The notes under the pieces are model-generated. The model ran no database searches. It was not told the origin of the DNA and worked only from the letters and a program-made list of their open reading frames with translations. Below are positions 44,775 through 53,347 of a DNA stretch of 55,005 bases, one piece after another. Location: positions 1 through 55,005 of IMG/VR virus record IMGVR_UViG_3300020021_000016; one strand, given 5' to 3'. This DNA is from a virus (lineage: Duplodnaviria > Caudoviricetes). Both the position numbers and the translations under genes were made by a program. Within the stretch, counting starts at the first letter, position 1; each line of letters starts with the position of its first letter.

Positions 44775-46786
44775 TGCGCACCGTCCTGCGGAAACACGTC
44801 CGTCGGTTTGATCGGCCAGCCGATCGTCAGCATCCCGCGACTGCGAAGAAGGCCGAGATCGGTGAGCAGGGCCTTCGTCCTCGGATGAACGCCGAGAATC
44901 GCGGCGAGATCGGTGATGTTGTTGACGCCACCGCGCCGGATCACCGTCGCGGCGATTCGTTGCTGCGACTCCTCCAGCGGTTCAAGAATGTCCGCGACCG
45001 TCTTCTCTGTGAACCGCGGTGTCGCGGCATGCCGACCGAGCGCCGTCAGGTCGTTGTCGTTGAGAAACCCCTTGCTGCGAAGTCCACCGAGGTCTTCGAG
45101 TATTGCCTTCGTTCGCGGATGCGCTCCCAGCCAAGCGGACAGAGTTGCGTGTGACTTCGAACGATCGAGATCGTCAAGCGACGCGATCGTGTCGAGGATT
45201 CGGATCTGCAGCTCCGATAGCGCCGAGGTGAAGGCCGCGCGGCGTTGGTCAGGATTGTGTGGCTGCACGTGCGCCGCCGCGCGCCCCACATCTGTGAGAT
45301 CGAGGTCCTCAATCAGCCCTTCGCTCCGCAAGACGCCGATGTTTGTCAGCAGCGCCTTCGTGCGTGGGTGGACTCCGAGCCACGCTGCCAACGTCTTCAC
45401 ACTCGCCGGTAGCTCGATCGCCTTCAGCGTCGCGAGCGCGTCGAGGATCGCTTGACGCTGTTCGACGGTCGTCTCGCTCGGCGCTGGGCGTGGCTGGGCG
45501 GGAATAATTTCGGGCGCAGTTGATGCGTCGGCCTGCTTCGGCGCCCGCTTTGCCTTGGGTTGTCGTGGCGATGCGGTCTCCGGGGCGGCGAGAATAATCC
45601 TCGGTGGCAGCTGGCCGGAGAGGTGGATCGCGGCCTCGAAGTCCCGCATCACTCCGCCGACGGTCGTGATCTCTTCGGCGATCTGATTGCTCTCGCACTC
45701 GAACCGATCGAAGGCGGCCGTGAAGATCTTGACCGCAGCTTCGAGCCGACGAATCTCGACATCGCTCAGGATCGGCCGGTCGACGTGGACGATCTTCTCG
45801 ACCACGCGTTCGGTGACCGTGCCAGGCTTGCCGCCGGGCTGCTTCTCGAGCTCGGCGATGCGCGCGCGCAGGGCCTTCGGGTCGTTCGCCTTCGCACGTT
45901 CGACGGTCTCTCGGATGCTCTCGCCGAGTCGGTCGAGGTCGACCTTCGCCAGCACCTTCGGGGGCGTGACGTGCTCGCCGACCTTCGGGGTGCGGCCGCT
46001 GTCGTAGGTCTCTTTCCGCGCGACCGTGATCCGCTGAAACGTCTTGTGCTCGGGATCGAGGAACCACGCCTCGCCCACCGGCAGCGACGACAGCGACGCG
46101 AGGATCTCCTTGATGAGCTTCGGTTCGGCGTGGTTCGAGAGCCAGTCCTCGGTGGCGTCAATGTCCTTCGGGTGGTTCATGCGAAGCACCGCGAGCGTGT
46201 CGACCTGCGAGAGCACGTTCTTGTTCAGCACCTGCGCGCGTTGGCTGATCATCGTCACGCCGATGCCGCCGATCCCACCGCGCCGCACGAGCTCGTCGGC
46301 CGCGCCGAGTGCGCGAGCTTCCTCGGGCGAGAACGACCGCTGAGGGATGTACGCGTCGGCCTCGTCCATGAAGAGGTGCATTGCCTCGGTGTTCTTGTCG
46401 TAGAGCGCTTCGAGGAAATCCGCGATGAACCGGATGCGCGCACCCTTCTTCAACAGCCGGACATCGAGCACGGCGGAGAACCGATCCGCGACGATCGCTT
46501 CCGCGAGCAGCTCGCCGCTGGTCGCCTCCAGCGGTAGGTCGCCGTGCTTGCCGCCGAAGATCGTGATCGGATATCCGGGCGACGCTCCATCCGCCGACGA
46601 GCGAAGGCCCCACCACGCGGAGGTCAGGTCGATCACGACGACCTGTTGCTTCGCCGCGAGCATGCCCTCGGCGATCTTCTGCGCGAGGTACGTCTTGCCG
46701 GATCGCTTCTTCGCGAGGATCGCCGACGTCGACGTCACGAAGTCGAGCGGCAGCGACAGCGTGTCGGAGATGTGCAGCTTCGTCAC
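44771..46786 (-). CDS. HerA/FtsK-like (DUF87-type) ATPase with three C-terminal wHTH-like repeats
   Basis: AKKRSGKT Walker A, FMDEAD Walker B, SQR; three L.AWLG.HPRTKA.L..LG.LRS.G.L-like repeats. Confidence 0.82.
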   Translation of the reverse strand: MTKLHISDTLSLPLDFVTSTSAILAKKRSGKTYLAQKIAEGMLAAKQQVVVIDLTSAWWGLRSSADGASPGYPITIFGGKHGDLPLEATSGELLAEAIVADRFSAVLDVRLLKKGARIRFIADFLEALYDKNTEAMHLFMDEADAYIPQRSFSPEEARALGAADELVRRGGIGGIGVTMISQRAQVLNKNVLSQVDTLAVLRMNHPKDIDATEDWLSNHAEPKLIKEILASLSSLPVGEAWFLDPEHKTFQRITVARKETYDSGRTPKVGEHVTPPKVLAKVDLDRLGESIRETVERAKANDPKALRARIAELEKQPGGKPGTVTERVVEKIVHVDRPILSDVEIRRLEAAVKIFTAAFDRFECESNQIAEEITTVGGVMRDFEAAIHLSGQLPPRIILAAPETASPRQPKAKRAPKQADASTAPEIIPAQPRPAPSETTVEQRQAILDALATLKAIELPASVKTLAAWLGVHPRTKALLTNIGVLRSEGLIEDLDLTDVGRAAAHVQPHNPDQRRAAFTSALSELQIRILDTIASLDDLDRSKSHATLSAWLGAHPRTKAILEDLGGLRSKGFLNDNDLTALGRHAATPRFTEKTVADILEPLEESQQRIAATVIRRGGVNNITDLAAILGVHPRTKALLTDLGLLRSRGMLTIGWPIKPTDVFPQDGAQ

Positions 46787-47076
46787 TTCAGCAACTCCTC
46801 GGCCTGGCGCTGCCACTGCTCGAACGCATCGCGCAGCCACATCGTCGGCGCGGTCTCGAAGTGGACCTTGATGCGGCAGATCGCGTCGTCTTCGTGGGCG
46901 CCGGTCACGCCGTGCGAGAGATCGAACGCCAGCTTCATCATCGCGCGCATCTCCTGGTGCTGCCGGATGAGGATGCGCACGTCGCGCGCCGCGGTCCACG
47001 GATAGGGACCCCGGCCGGTGAACGTCGCCTCGAGCTCGCCGAGGTCGATCGGCTTGTCGATGTCGAGGACGCTCAC
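46783..47076 (-). CDS. Hypothetical protein
   Basis: GTGA overlaps. Confidence 0.55.
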   Translation of the reverse strand: MSVLDIDKPIDLGELEATFTGRGPYPWTAARDVRILIRQHQEMRAMMKLAFDLSHGVTGAHEDDAICRIKVHFETAPTMWLRDAFEQWQRQAEELLK

Positions 47077-47297
47077 AGCTTCTCTGTCCCTTCGTACAGC
47101 CGCCATGCTCGCGCCTTGATGCGGGCCAGGCCGCGCTGTCCGAACTTCGCGATGAGCGCGTTGTTGATGCGCTTCCAGTCGACCTTCCCCGACGAGCGGA
47201 GCCCGAACGCGTAGGTGAGCGCGATCGACTTCTGCGGGATGCCCAGCTTGATCTCGTTCTCGATGACGCCCTCGACGTCCAACATCTCGATGATCAC
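47073..47297 (-). CDS. Hypothetical protein
   Basis: GTGA overlaps; IALTYAFGLRS...DW..IN.A. Confidence 0.6.
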   Translation of the reverse strand: MIIEMLDVEGVIENEIKLGIPQKSIALTYAFGLRSSGKVDWKRINNALIAKFGQRGLARIKARAWRLYEGTEKL

Positions 47298-47530
47298 AGG
47301 CTCAGCTCCTTGCACGCGTGGCGCTTGTACATGGCGACCTTCGAAGGCGCCGGCAGCTTGCCGAGGAAGTGCGCGACGCCGTTCTCGATGGCCCATCCTC
47401 CGTGGCCGTCGCGTTCGAACGGTGCGAGCGAGCCGGTCACGGTCTTCGCGAACACGATCCGCGCCTTGCACGACTTGCACTTCGTGGCGCCGCCGACACC
47501 GAGGTGGAGCACGGGTGCGTCGTCGGTCAC
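47294..47530 (-). CDS. Small Zn-ribbon protein
   Basis: CKSCKARIVF..T.TG...P...H.C. Confidence 0.62.
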   Translation of the reverse strand: MTDDAPVLHLGVGGATKCKSCKARIVFAKTVTGSLAPFERDGHGGWAIENGVAHFLGKLPAPSKVAMYKRHACKELSL

Positions 47531-48318
47531 GCGCGCTCCGCGATGTCGACGGGCCGTTCCTCGCAAGGACAACCGATGCAGATATGTCCGACGTCGGCTC
47601 CTGCGTGCCGGTGACCGCAGGAGGAGCACTCGGCTCCCATCGCGAATTGACCGGTGCGGACGACGCTCGCTTCAAGGACTGGCGCGTTCTCCGATATCCG
47701 TCGGTTCGCGTGATACAGCCCGGCCGCCTCGACGAGCCTCACCTCAGCCTGCCAGCAAGCGCTCGGCGCCAAGCAGTAGCCGACCGCCGCATCGACCACT
47801 GGCCGCATGGCCTCGACCTCGGCCCGGAGCTGCTTGATGACCTCAGCCGCGCGGTCGGCGCAGGCGACGAGCGACGTGGAGTGTCCGCCGTCTATCACCA
47901 CGAGCGCGTCGGCCAAGATGTTGCGCGAGGCCATCGCTTCGCGGTCTTCCAGGTTGAGCCGATGGACCTCTGCCCGAGCCTCGTCACGGGCGCTCGTGAT
48001 CATGTCGATACCCTCGGCGAACGTGACCGCGCAGTGGATGCCGGCGCGGTTGATGGCGTCGTTGACGCTTGTCTCGACGCCGCGAATGAGCGCCACCTCG
48101 GCGCGAAGCTTCTCGATTTCCATCAAGGCCGCCGGCCACCGAGTCCGCGCCGCGGCGATTGCCTTGGCGCTCTTCTCGTCGTTGCCGCAGTCGGCGACCC
48201 ACAGGCCGTTGCCGTCGACAACAAGCCAGCGATGCTCGCTCTCCTGTGTGGCCATCCACGGCGCGGTGATGGCAGCGTTGATGAACGCCTTGTCTTGCTT
48301 CAGCTCGTCGTCCGTCAT
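47527..48318 (-). CDS. Ead/Ea22-like coiled-coil protein
   Basis: AAITAPW...VADC...A..IAAART.WPA.L.EIEKLRAEV; C-terminal CxxC.H. Confidence 0.6.
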   Translation of the reverse strand: MTDDELKQDKAFINAAITAPWMATQESEHRWLVVDGNGLWVADCGNDEKSAKAIAAARTRWPAALMEIEKLRAEVALIRGVETSVNDAINRAGIHCAVTFAEGIDMITSARDEARAEVHRLNLEDREAMASRNILADALVVIDGGHSTSLVACADRAAEVIKQLRAEVEAMRPVVDAAVGYCLAPSACWQAEVRLVEAAGLYHANRRISENAPVLEASVVRTGQFAMGAECSSCGHRHAGADVGHICIGCPCEERPVDIAERA

Positions 48319-48860
48319 GGGCCTCTGTATTCGTCCGGAAACAAATCCAACGCCTTCTTCAGCGCGTCGATGCGGCACTTGTCGTCGTTCTTGAACGGCC
48401 TCGTGCACATGAACGTGGTGCTCGGGATGCTTCCCCACGACGACTCGGGGAAACAGGGCCGGATCTGATTCAAATCCGGCAGCGACAGGTTGTTGTCGAT
48501 GCCGACGATGGTCGCGCCGGTCATCGTCTCGCCGCGATTCGGCGTCTCGATGTCCTTCAGCAGATAGGCGAGCTCGCCGTGCTTGAGCTGACAGTAGCGA
48601 ACGAGCGCGGTGGCCTTGGTGCGGCTCGACGTCAGGTCCGAGGGCTCACCGCGGAGCACGTAGCCGAGCAGGATGCCGGCCCCGAGCAGAACGACCGCAG
48701 CGATCGCGAGCGTGATCTTCTTCTTCATGGGCAGAACGTACGTGATCGGGTCGAGCGAGAGCGACTTCGGCTGCATGCCGGCCGCTTCGCGAAGGAACGC
48801 CATCTGTTTGGGCGTCGGGTTGCCTGAGATACGAATGCGTTTGATTTCGTTCTTCCACAT
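48315..48860 (-). CDS. Membrane-anchored Cys-containing protein
   Basis: KKKITLAIAAVVLLGAGILLGY TM; start may be internal (MKKK). Confidence 0.6.
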   Translation of the reverse strand: MWKNEIKRIRISGNPTPKQMAFLREAAGMQPKSLSLDPITYVLPMKKKITLAIAAVVLLGAGILLGYVLRGEPSDLTSSRTKATALVRYCQLKHGELAYLLKDIETPNRGETMTGATIVGIDNNLSLPDLNQIRPCFPESSWGSIPSTTFMCTRPFKNDDKCRIDALKKALDLFPDEYRGP

Positions 48861-50125
48861 CACAGCGCGCCTCCGCTCGCCGGCGTGAGCTTGAACACGT
48901 CCGGGATGTCGACGGGCTCGTCCTTCGACGGCGTCAGGTCGAGCTTCGACTTGTTCGCGCGATCGGCGACCTGCACCGACGACTTCTGCGTCTGTCGCTT
49001 CCGTTGGTGTGCAGCCGCAGCGCGAGCCGGCTCCCAGTACCACGTCGAGTCGTCGATATCGACGAAGCCTGGCACGCCGCCCCACTGCGCGATGTGCCGC
49101 TGCAGGGCGATCTCAGCGAATTCATCCGGCACGAAGTGCGCGCCGGCTTCGGCCGCGATCTTCTCACCGGGTAGGCCGGCCTTCGTCTCGCCGGCACCCC
49201 CGAATTGCTTTGGATCGGGGTCGCCGATGTCGCGCGAGTCGGCGTGCTGGTAGACGAGCCGAGCCGGGTAGCCCGACGCGAACCGGGCATATGCGACGCG
49301 GGTGTCGACCGACGCGTAGGGGTCGGCCTCCTCCTTGGAGCTGACCGTCTTCTTCGACGTGTCCGCTTGTCGACCGATACTGGTCACGCCGCTCGCGAGG
49401 TACCGATCGATCTTCCGGTTGATCGCGTCCTGGTAGGCGTCTTGCGGGTGGTACTTGATGTCGAACGCCTCGTGCAGTGCGAGGAGCTCGACGTCGGTCG
49501 CGGTCGCTGGCACGCTCTCGCGCAGGGCCTGGAATCCGATCGCCGCGCCGTTCTTCAGCGCGCTGATGAACGACTGCGCCAATGCTGGGTTGCTCGACCC
49601 GGCGGCCTGCACGGCGATCGTCTTGACCTTCGCCACCGCCGTCGAGAGCTTCGCGTTGATGGTCGCGGCTTCCAGCTTCATGATGCCGGACAGCTCGACC
49701 TCCATCGCGGTCGCGGTCTGCACCGCAGCTGCGCGGACCGCTGCGAAGTGCTCGACAATCCCGCCGGTCCATCGGCCAAGCGCGATGTCGAAGAGAAGCC
49801 CGATGACGAAATTGGGCTGGGTCGCGGGCGTCATCAGGCGCTCGAGTCGGACGACGTCACAGGCGCGTTGGTAGACCTGGTCGACGGCGAAGATGCGCAG
49901 GGTGACCTGGTCGCTGTAGGGCTTCCGAACCTCCGCCGGCATGAAGCAGCCATCGGCGCCCGGTTGCTTCGCGCAGACCGCGCCGTGGTCGGCGTACGCG
50001 CTGCCGGTGTAGTTCGGTCCCTGCGTCGCGGTTCGCTTGCCCGGATCCGGACCAGCGGACGACGGGCCGCTCTGCACGATGCCGCCTGGTTCCGCCGCGA
50101 ACTTCTTATCCGCGCCCCACGTCAC
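48860..50125 (-). CDS. Hypothetical 421-aa protein (effector-like)
   Basis: GTGA overlap upstream, TGATG downstream; low-complexity N-terminus with PGKRT, helical core. Confidence 0.65.
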   Translation of the reverse strand: MTWGADKKFAAEPGGIVQSGPSSAGPDPGKRTATQGPNYTGSAYADHGAVCAKQPGADGCFMPAEVRKPYSDQVTLRIFAVDQVYQRACDVVRLERLMTPATQPNFVIGLLFDIALGRWTGGIVEHFAAVRAAAVQTATAMEVELSGIMKLEAATINAKLSTAVAKVKTIAVQAAGSSNPALAQSFISALKNGAAIGFQALRESVPATATDVELLALHEAFDIKYHPQDAYQDAINRKIDRYLASGVTSIGRQADTSKKTVSSKEEADPYASVDTRVAYARFASGYPARLVYQHADSRDIGDPDPKQFGGAGETKAGLPGEKIAAEAGAHFVPDEFAEIALQRHIAQWGGVPGFVDIDDSTWYWEPARAAAAHQRKRQTQKSSVQVADRANKSKLDLTPSKDEPVDIPDVFKLTPASGGAL

Positions 50126-50523
50126 GGTTGTGGCCTCTGCCAGCCCCAGCCGATCCACTTCTCGAAGCACGTCGAGTCGCCAATCTGCTCGATCACCGCA
50201 ATCTGGACCTCGACCTCGGCATGCGCTCCCTTCGGGCGAACGCAGATCGACATCCGGTGTTCCGGGTCGAGCTCCCACCAGCCGTAGTCGCCGTCGATGT
50301 GATCCGCCGGCACCGTCGTCTTGCCGATCGTGATCGACATGCGGTCGATCCCGACCGTGATCGTCGCGTCCCGGTCCGTGACCTTCTGGATCGCGTGGAG
50401 TGCTCGCAGCTCCGAGCAACGTGCTGCGTGGATCTGGATCTTGCCGTCCGGCCTCAGGCCGTACGCGGTATCGGCGGCGGCGGTGCCGCCCAGCGCTACG
50501 AGGAGCGCTATCGATTTCCACAT
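50122..50523 (-). CDS. Secreted protein
   Basis: GGAGG SD; signal peptide MWKSIALLVALGGTAAA-D. Confidence 0.7.
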   Translation of the reverse strand: MWKSIALLVALGGTAAADTAYGLRPDGKIQIHAARCSELRALHAIQKVTDRDATITVGIDRMSITIGKTTVPADHIDGDYGWWELDPEHRMSICVRPKGAHAEVEVQIAVIEQIGDSTCFEKWIGWGWQRPQP

Positions 50524-50535
50524 CGGATCCTCCGT

Positions 50536-50551
50536 GCCGCGCGAACGCGGC
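50536..50551 (-). promoter_or_regulatory. UUCG-loop hairpin just upstream of an SD
   Basis: GCCGCG-TTCG-CGCGGC on the - strand. Confidence 0.5.
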
Positions 50552-50555
50552 GTTG

Positions 50556-50780
50556 TTAGTTGGCCCGCTCAATGAACTCGCGCCGGCGAGTCGCCTCGCG
50601 GATGTTGAGGAAGTCGAGCGCGTCGAAGATGGCGCGCCGGTGCTGCTCGCTGCCGGGCATCGTGCGGAGCAGGAGCCAGATCTCGTCACGCACGCGCTTG
50701 GGCAAAGCGAACCAGTGCGAGCGACAGAATGCCTGGTCGTCGTTGTGCGCGCGGATGCAGTTGTCGACGCGGCACTTCAT
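50556..50780 (-). CDS. Small Cys/His protein
   Basis: C.VDNC......FC.SHWF.LP..VRDEIW. Confidence 0.65.
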   Translation of the reverse strand: MKCRVDNCIRAHNDDQAFCRSHWFALPKRVRDEIWLLLRTMPGSEQHRRAIFDALDFLNIREATRRREFIERAN

Positions 50781-50962
50781 TGCGGCCGCTCGCGTAGCTG
50801 CTTGACGCAGTGGTCAATCGTCTTGTCACGCGACTCGTCTCCGGCAGTCAGGATCGCGTCGATGACCCATTCGTGCGGCGTGAACGGCTCGGCGTAGTAG
50901 CTCGGTCGAGCCTTCCGAGCCGCCTCGATCGCGATCTCGACAGCGCGGCGTCGAGTGATCAC
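50777..50962 (-). CDS. Hypothetical protein
   Basis: Coupled; FTPHEWVIDAI. Confidence 0.6.
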   Translation of the reverse strand: MITRRRAVEIAIEAARKARPSYYAEPFTPHEWVIDAILTAGDESRDKTIDHCVKQLRERPQ

Positions 50963-52635
50963 TTCGCGCCCGCCTTCTTCGGCGTGGTCTTCTTCGCCGC
51001 GTCCGACTTCTTCTCGGCGTCAGCGGCCGCCTTTGCGAGCGCCTGCGCCTTGTCCCAGTCCGCGCCGAAGAGCTTGCAGCCGTCGACGAACAGGTCTTTC
51101 TTCCCGCTGCTGTGGACGAAGGGGTCCGCGTGTTCGGAGACCAACATCTCGGCGAGTAGCGAGAGCGAGAAGGCCAAGGTCGGCGCCTTGTCGATCAGCT
51201 TGGGGAGGTTCTCGTCGCGGCGTTCCTCGACGGCGTCACACGCGTCGACGCTGATGAGCGGCTGGACGGCGCGGAGCAGCCACCGCACGAACGCGAGCTG
51301 CTGCTTCGGCGTGTCGAGCACGTCGACCGCGCCATCGGCCACCATCGCGAGCACGCGGGATAGCGCCGACTCCTTGAGCTCGAGCTTCGCCTTTTCCTTC
51401 GCGCGCACCTCGGGGCTGGGCTTGGCCGACGTCGAGCTCGGTGCTGCGCCCGGCTTTGCCGCCTTCGTCGGCTTCTCGATCTTGCCGGCCTCGGTGAGGG
51501 CGAGGATCGCTGCGGCGCGGTCGAGGTACTCGCGCGGGGCCCCCGTGGGGTCCTGCACCAGGACCGTGGCGACCTCGTGCTTCTTGCCGAGCAGCTTGCC
51601 CCACGTCGGTACCTTAGACGTCACCGGCATTCCGATGCGCAGGTCGTAGGGCAGCTCGGCCGACGGGTCGACCCACGGCGCCGTCGAGACGAGTGTGTTG
51701 CCGTGGCCGAAGTAGACCGCGGACTCCATGCTCGTGACGACGCGGTGGCCGAAATCGAAGGCGCGATCCTCCGCGCGCTTCCACACCGCGGCGGTCTTCT
51801 CGGCGTGACACGTCGGCTTCGTGCAGACGTCGGCCGGGCGCGAGAGGTCGGGAAACAGCTCGGGCTGATTGCCGCTGCGGTGCGGACACACCGTGCACGC
51901 GCCGGCGGACGCAAGGAGGTCGGCATCCCCGAGCTCGAAGCTCGCCAGCTCGAGGCGGAGCGAATATTTTCGGTGCACCAGCGCCTGGACGGCGCGGTGA
52001 CTCAGCGGCGCGCGCTCGCGGTCGAGCCCGGGCGTGATCGTCTCGCGCTGGATATTCGCGTCGTAGTCGCCGTCGGTCGTGCCGAAGATGTCGGCGAGCA
52101 ACGCCTCCTGCAGCGAGTCGGTCGGCTGACGCGCGACCATCTCTGCGATCGAGCTCGAGATGCGGCCATCGAGCAACGCCTGGCGCGGCCCGGCGGCGAG
52201 CGACGTCAGCTTCCGTCGGCCGTAGATGTGCGATTTCGATCGCCCGATGCGCGAGCACAGGTCGTCGATGGAGATGCCGTGCTCGTCGAGCAGTCGCTGG
52301 TAGGTGGCGCCCTCTTCGAGCGCGTTGAGGTCCTCACGTGCGGCGTTCTCGACGAGCTGGCGCTCTTCGACCTGCCGATCGGAAAGCTCCTCGACGATCG
52401 CCGGGATGTCGACAACGCCGGCGAGGTAGCTTGCGCGGAGTCGACGCTCGCCGATGACCAGCTGCCACGCGTGACCGTTCTGCGCGGGATGCGGACGCAC
52501 GGTGACGGGCGTGATGACGCCGTGGATCGCGATCGTCGCCGCGAGCTCGCGAAGCTTGGCCTCGTCGAAGTGCTTGCGCGGGTTCGTGGTGGACGGCTCG
52601 ATCAGATCGAGCGATGGGCGGATGAATTCGGTCAT
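50959..52635 (-). CDS. parB: ParB/Spo0J-like protein with Cys cluster and long C-terminus
   Basis: NPRKHFD..L.ELA.TI..HGV..P..VRP, IGERRLRAS, VENAAREDL, HTH, CTVC...C..P.C; GAGGA SD before ATG 52635. Confidence 0.88.
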   Translation of the reverse strand: MTEFIRPSLDLIEPSTTNPRKHFDEAKLRELAATIAIHGVITPVTVRPHPAQNGHAWQLVIGERRLRASYLAGVVDIPAIVEELSDRQVEERQLVENAAREDLNALEEGATYQRLLDEHGISIDDLCSRIGRSKSHIYGRRKLTSLAAGPRQALLDGRISSSIAEMVARQPTDSLQEALLADIFGTTDGDYDANIQRETITPGLDRERAPLSHRAVQALVHRKYSLRLELASFELGDADLLASAGACTVCPHRSGNQPELFPDLSRPADVCTKPTCHAEKTAAVWKRAEDRAFDFGHRVVTSMESAVYFGHGNTLVSTAPWVDPSAELPYDLRIGMPVTSKVPTWGKLLGKKHEVATVLVQDPTGAPREYLDRAAAILALTEAGKIEKPTKAAKPGAAPSSTSAKPSPEVRAKEKAKLELKESALSRVLAMVADGAVDVLDTPKQQLAFVRWLLRAVQPLISVDACDAVEERRDENLPKLIDKAPTLAFSLSLLAEMLVSEHADPFVHSSGKKDLFVDGCKLFGADWDKAQALAKAAADAEKKSDAAKKTTPKKAGAK

Positions 52636-52647
52636 GTTTTTCCTCGG

Positions 52648-52754
52648 TCCCGCCGCCTGGATTCGAACCAGGTCCGTCATCGCGAGTGGTGCGGGCGTTC
52701 CCACGCTTCGCTCGCCCTGTGTGGCGATGGCGTCCATCCTGTTTGGTCGACGAG
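52648..52754 (-). ncRNA. tRNA/tmRNA-TLD-like RNA without an anticodon loop
   Basis: Acceptor CTCGTCG/CGGCGGG + A; D-like ACCAAACAGGATGGAC; stem GCCATCGC/GCGATGAC enclosing 40 nt; T arm CCTGG-TTCGAAT-CCAGG. Confidence 0.6.
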
Positions 52755-52755
52755 A

Positions 52756-52827
52756 GACCGCTACCCACCCGGGCAACGGTTGTTCACGTGGTGCCGGCAT
52801 TGCCGGTGCGCCGGGTGGGCGCGGGTC
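52756..52827 (-). ncRNA. Branched GC-rich hairpin abutting the tRNA-like element
   Basis: GACCCGCGCCCACCCGG...CCGGGTGGGTAGCGGTC outer stem; inner CCGGC-AAT-GCCGG. Confidence 0.5.
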
Positions 52828-52846
52828 GCTAGTGCATCAGTTCCTC

Positions 52847-53347
52847 CTAGATCGTCGCCGGTGCGAACGTGCCGTCGGATAACCGAGGTCGCTCGCGTCG
52901 ATTGCGGGCCTGTGTGCTGCCGGTGGCCCAGATGCAGTTCGCCGGGCTGTAGCCCCGAGCGTTGTCGACGCGCTCGATCGTCATTCCATGCGGTCGACGT
53001 CCCATGTCTGCGAGAAAGTGTTCGAACAGCGACCAGCGATCACAGACGAAGATCCCGCGACCGCCGTAGTCGGGATAAGACTTGTGGTTCGGGTCTTCAC
53101 AGCGCTGGTGCATCGATCGCCACGTGCGCCACTCGGGCGATGGCTTGTGCCCGACGGTCTCGCCGTGCCTGTAGTTCCGTGTCGTCATCCGCTCGGAAGC
53201 CCAGCACCCACACGACTTTGTAGTTCCGTTGCGGACATCGCCAGCGCGAAGAACCTTCGTCACGCCGCAGTCGCAAAGGCAGAGCACGCGACCGCGACCC
53301 GGAACGCGCGCAAGCACGACGAGTCTATGGAACCGCTGGCCGATCAC
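52847..53347 (-). CDS. HNH homing-type endonuclease
   Basis: CLCDCG, KSCGC, YGGRGI.VCDRW..F..F.ADMG.RP, TIERVDN..GY.P.NC.WAT. Confidence 0.88.
   Translation of the reverse strand: MIGQRFHRLVVLARVPGRGRVLCLCDCGVTKVLRAGDVRNGTTKSCGCWASERMTTRNYRHGETVGHKPSPEWRTWRSMHQRCEDPNHKSYPDYGGRGIFVCDRWSLFEHFLADMGRRPHGMTIERVDNARGYSPANCIWATGSTQARNRRERPRLSDGTFAPATI

Noticed and set aside
52636-52800. N-terminal extension of ParB as given in the ORF track
   Set aside because: ATG 52635 has its own SD and the ParB domain starts right after it; the upstream DNA folds as structured RNA.
52825-52845. Hammerhead ribozyme (CUGAUG seen)
   Set aside because: The core reads CUGAUGC rather than CUGANGA, and there is no GAAA in a compatible helix layout.
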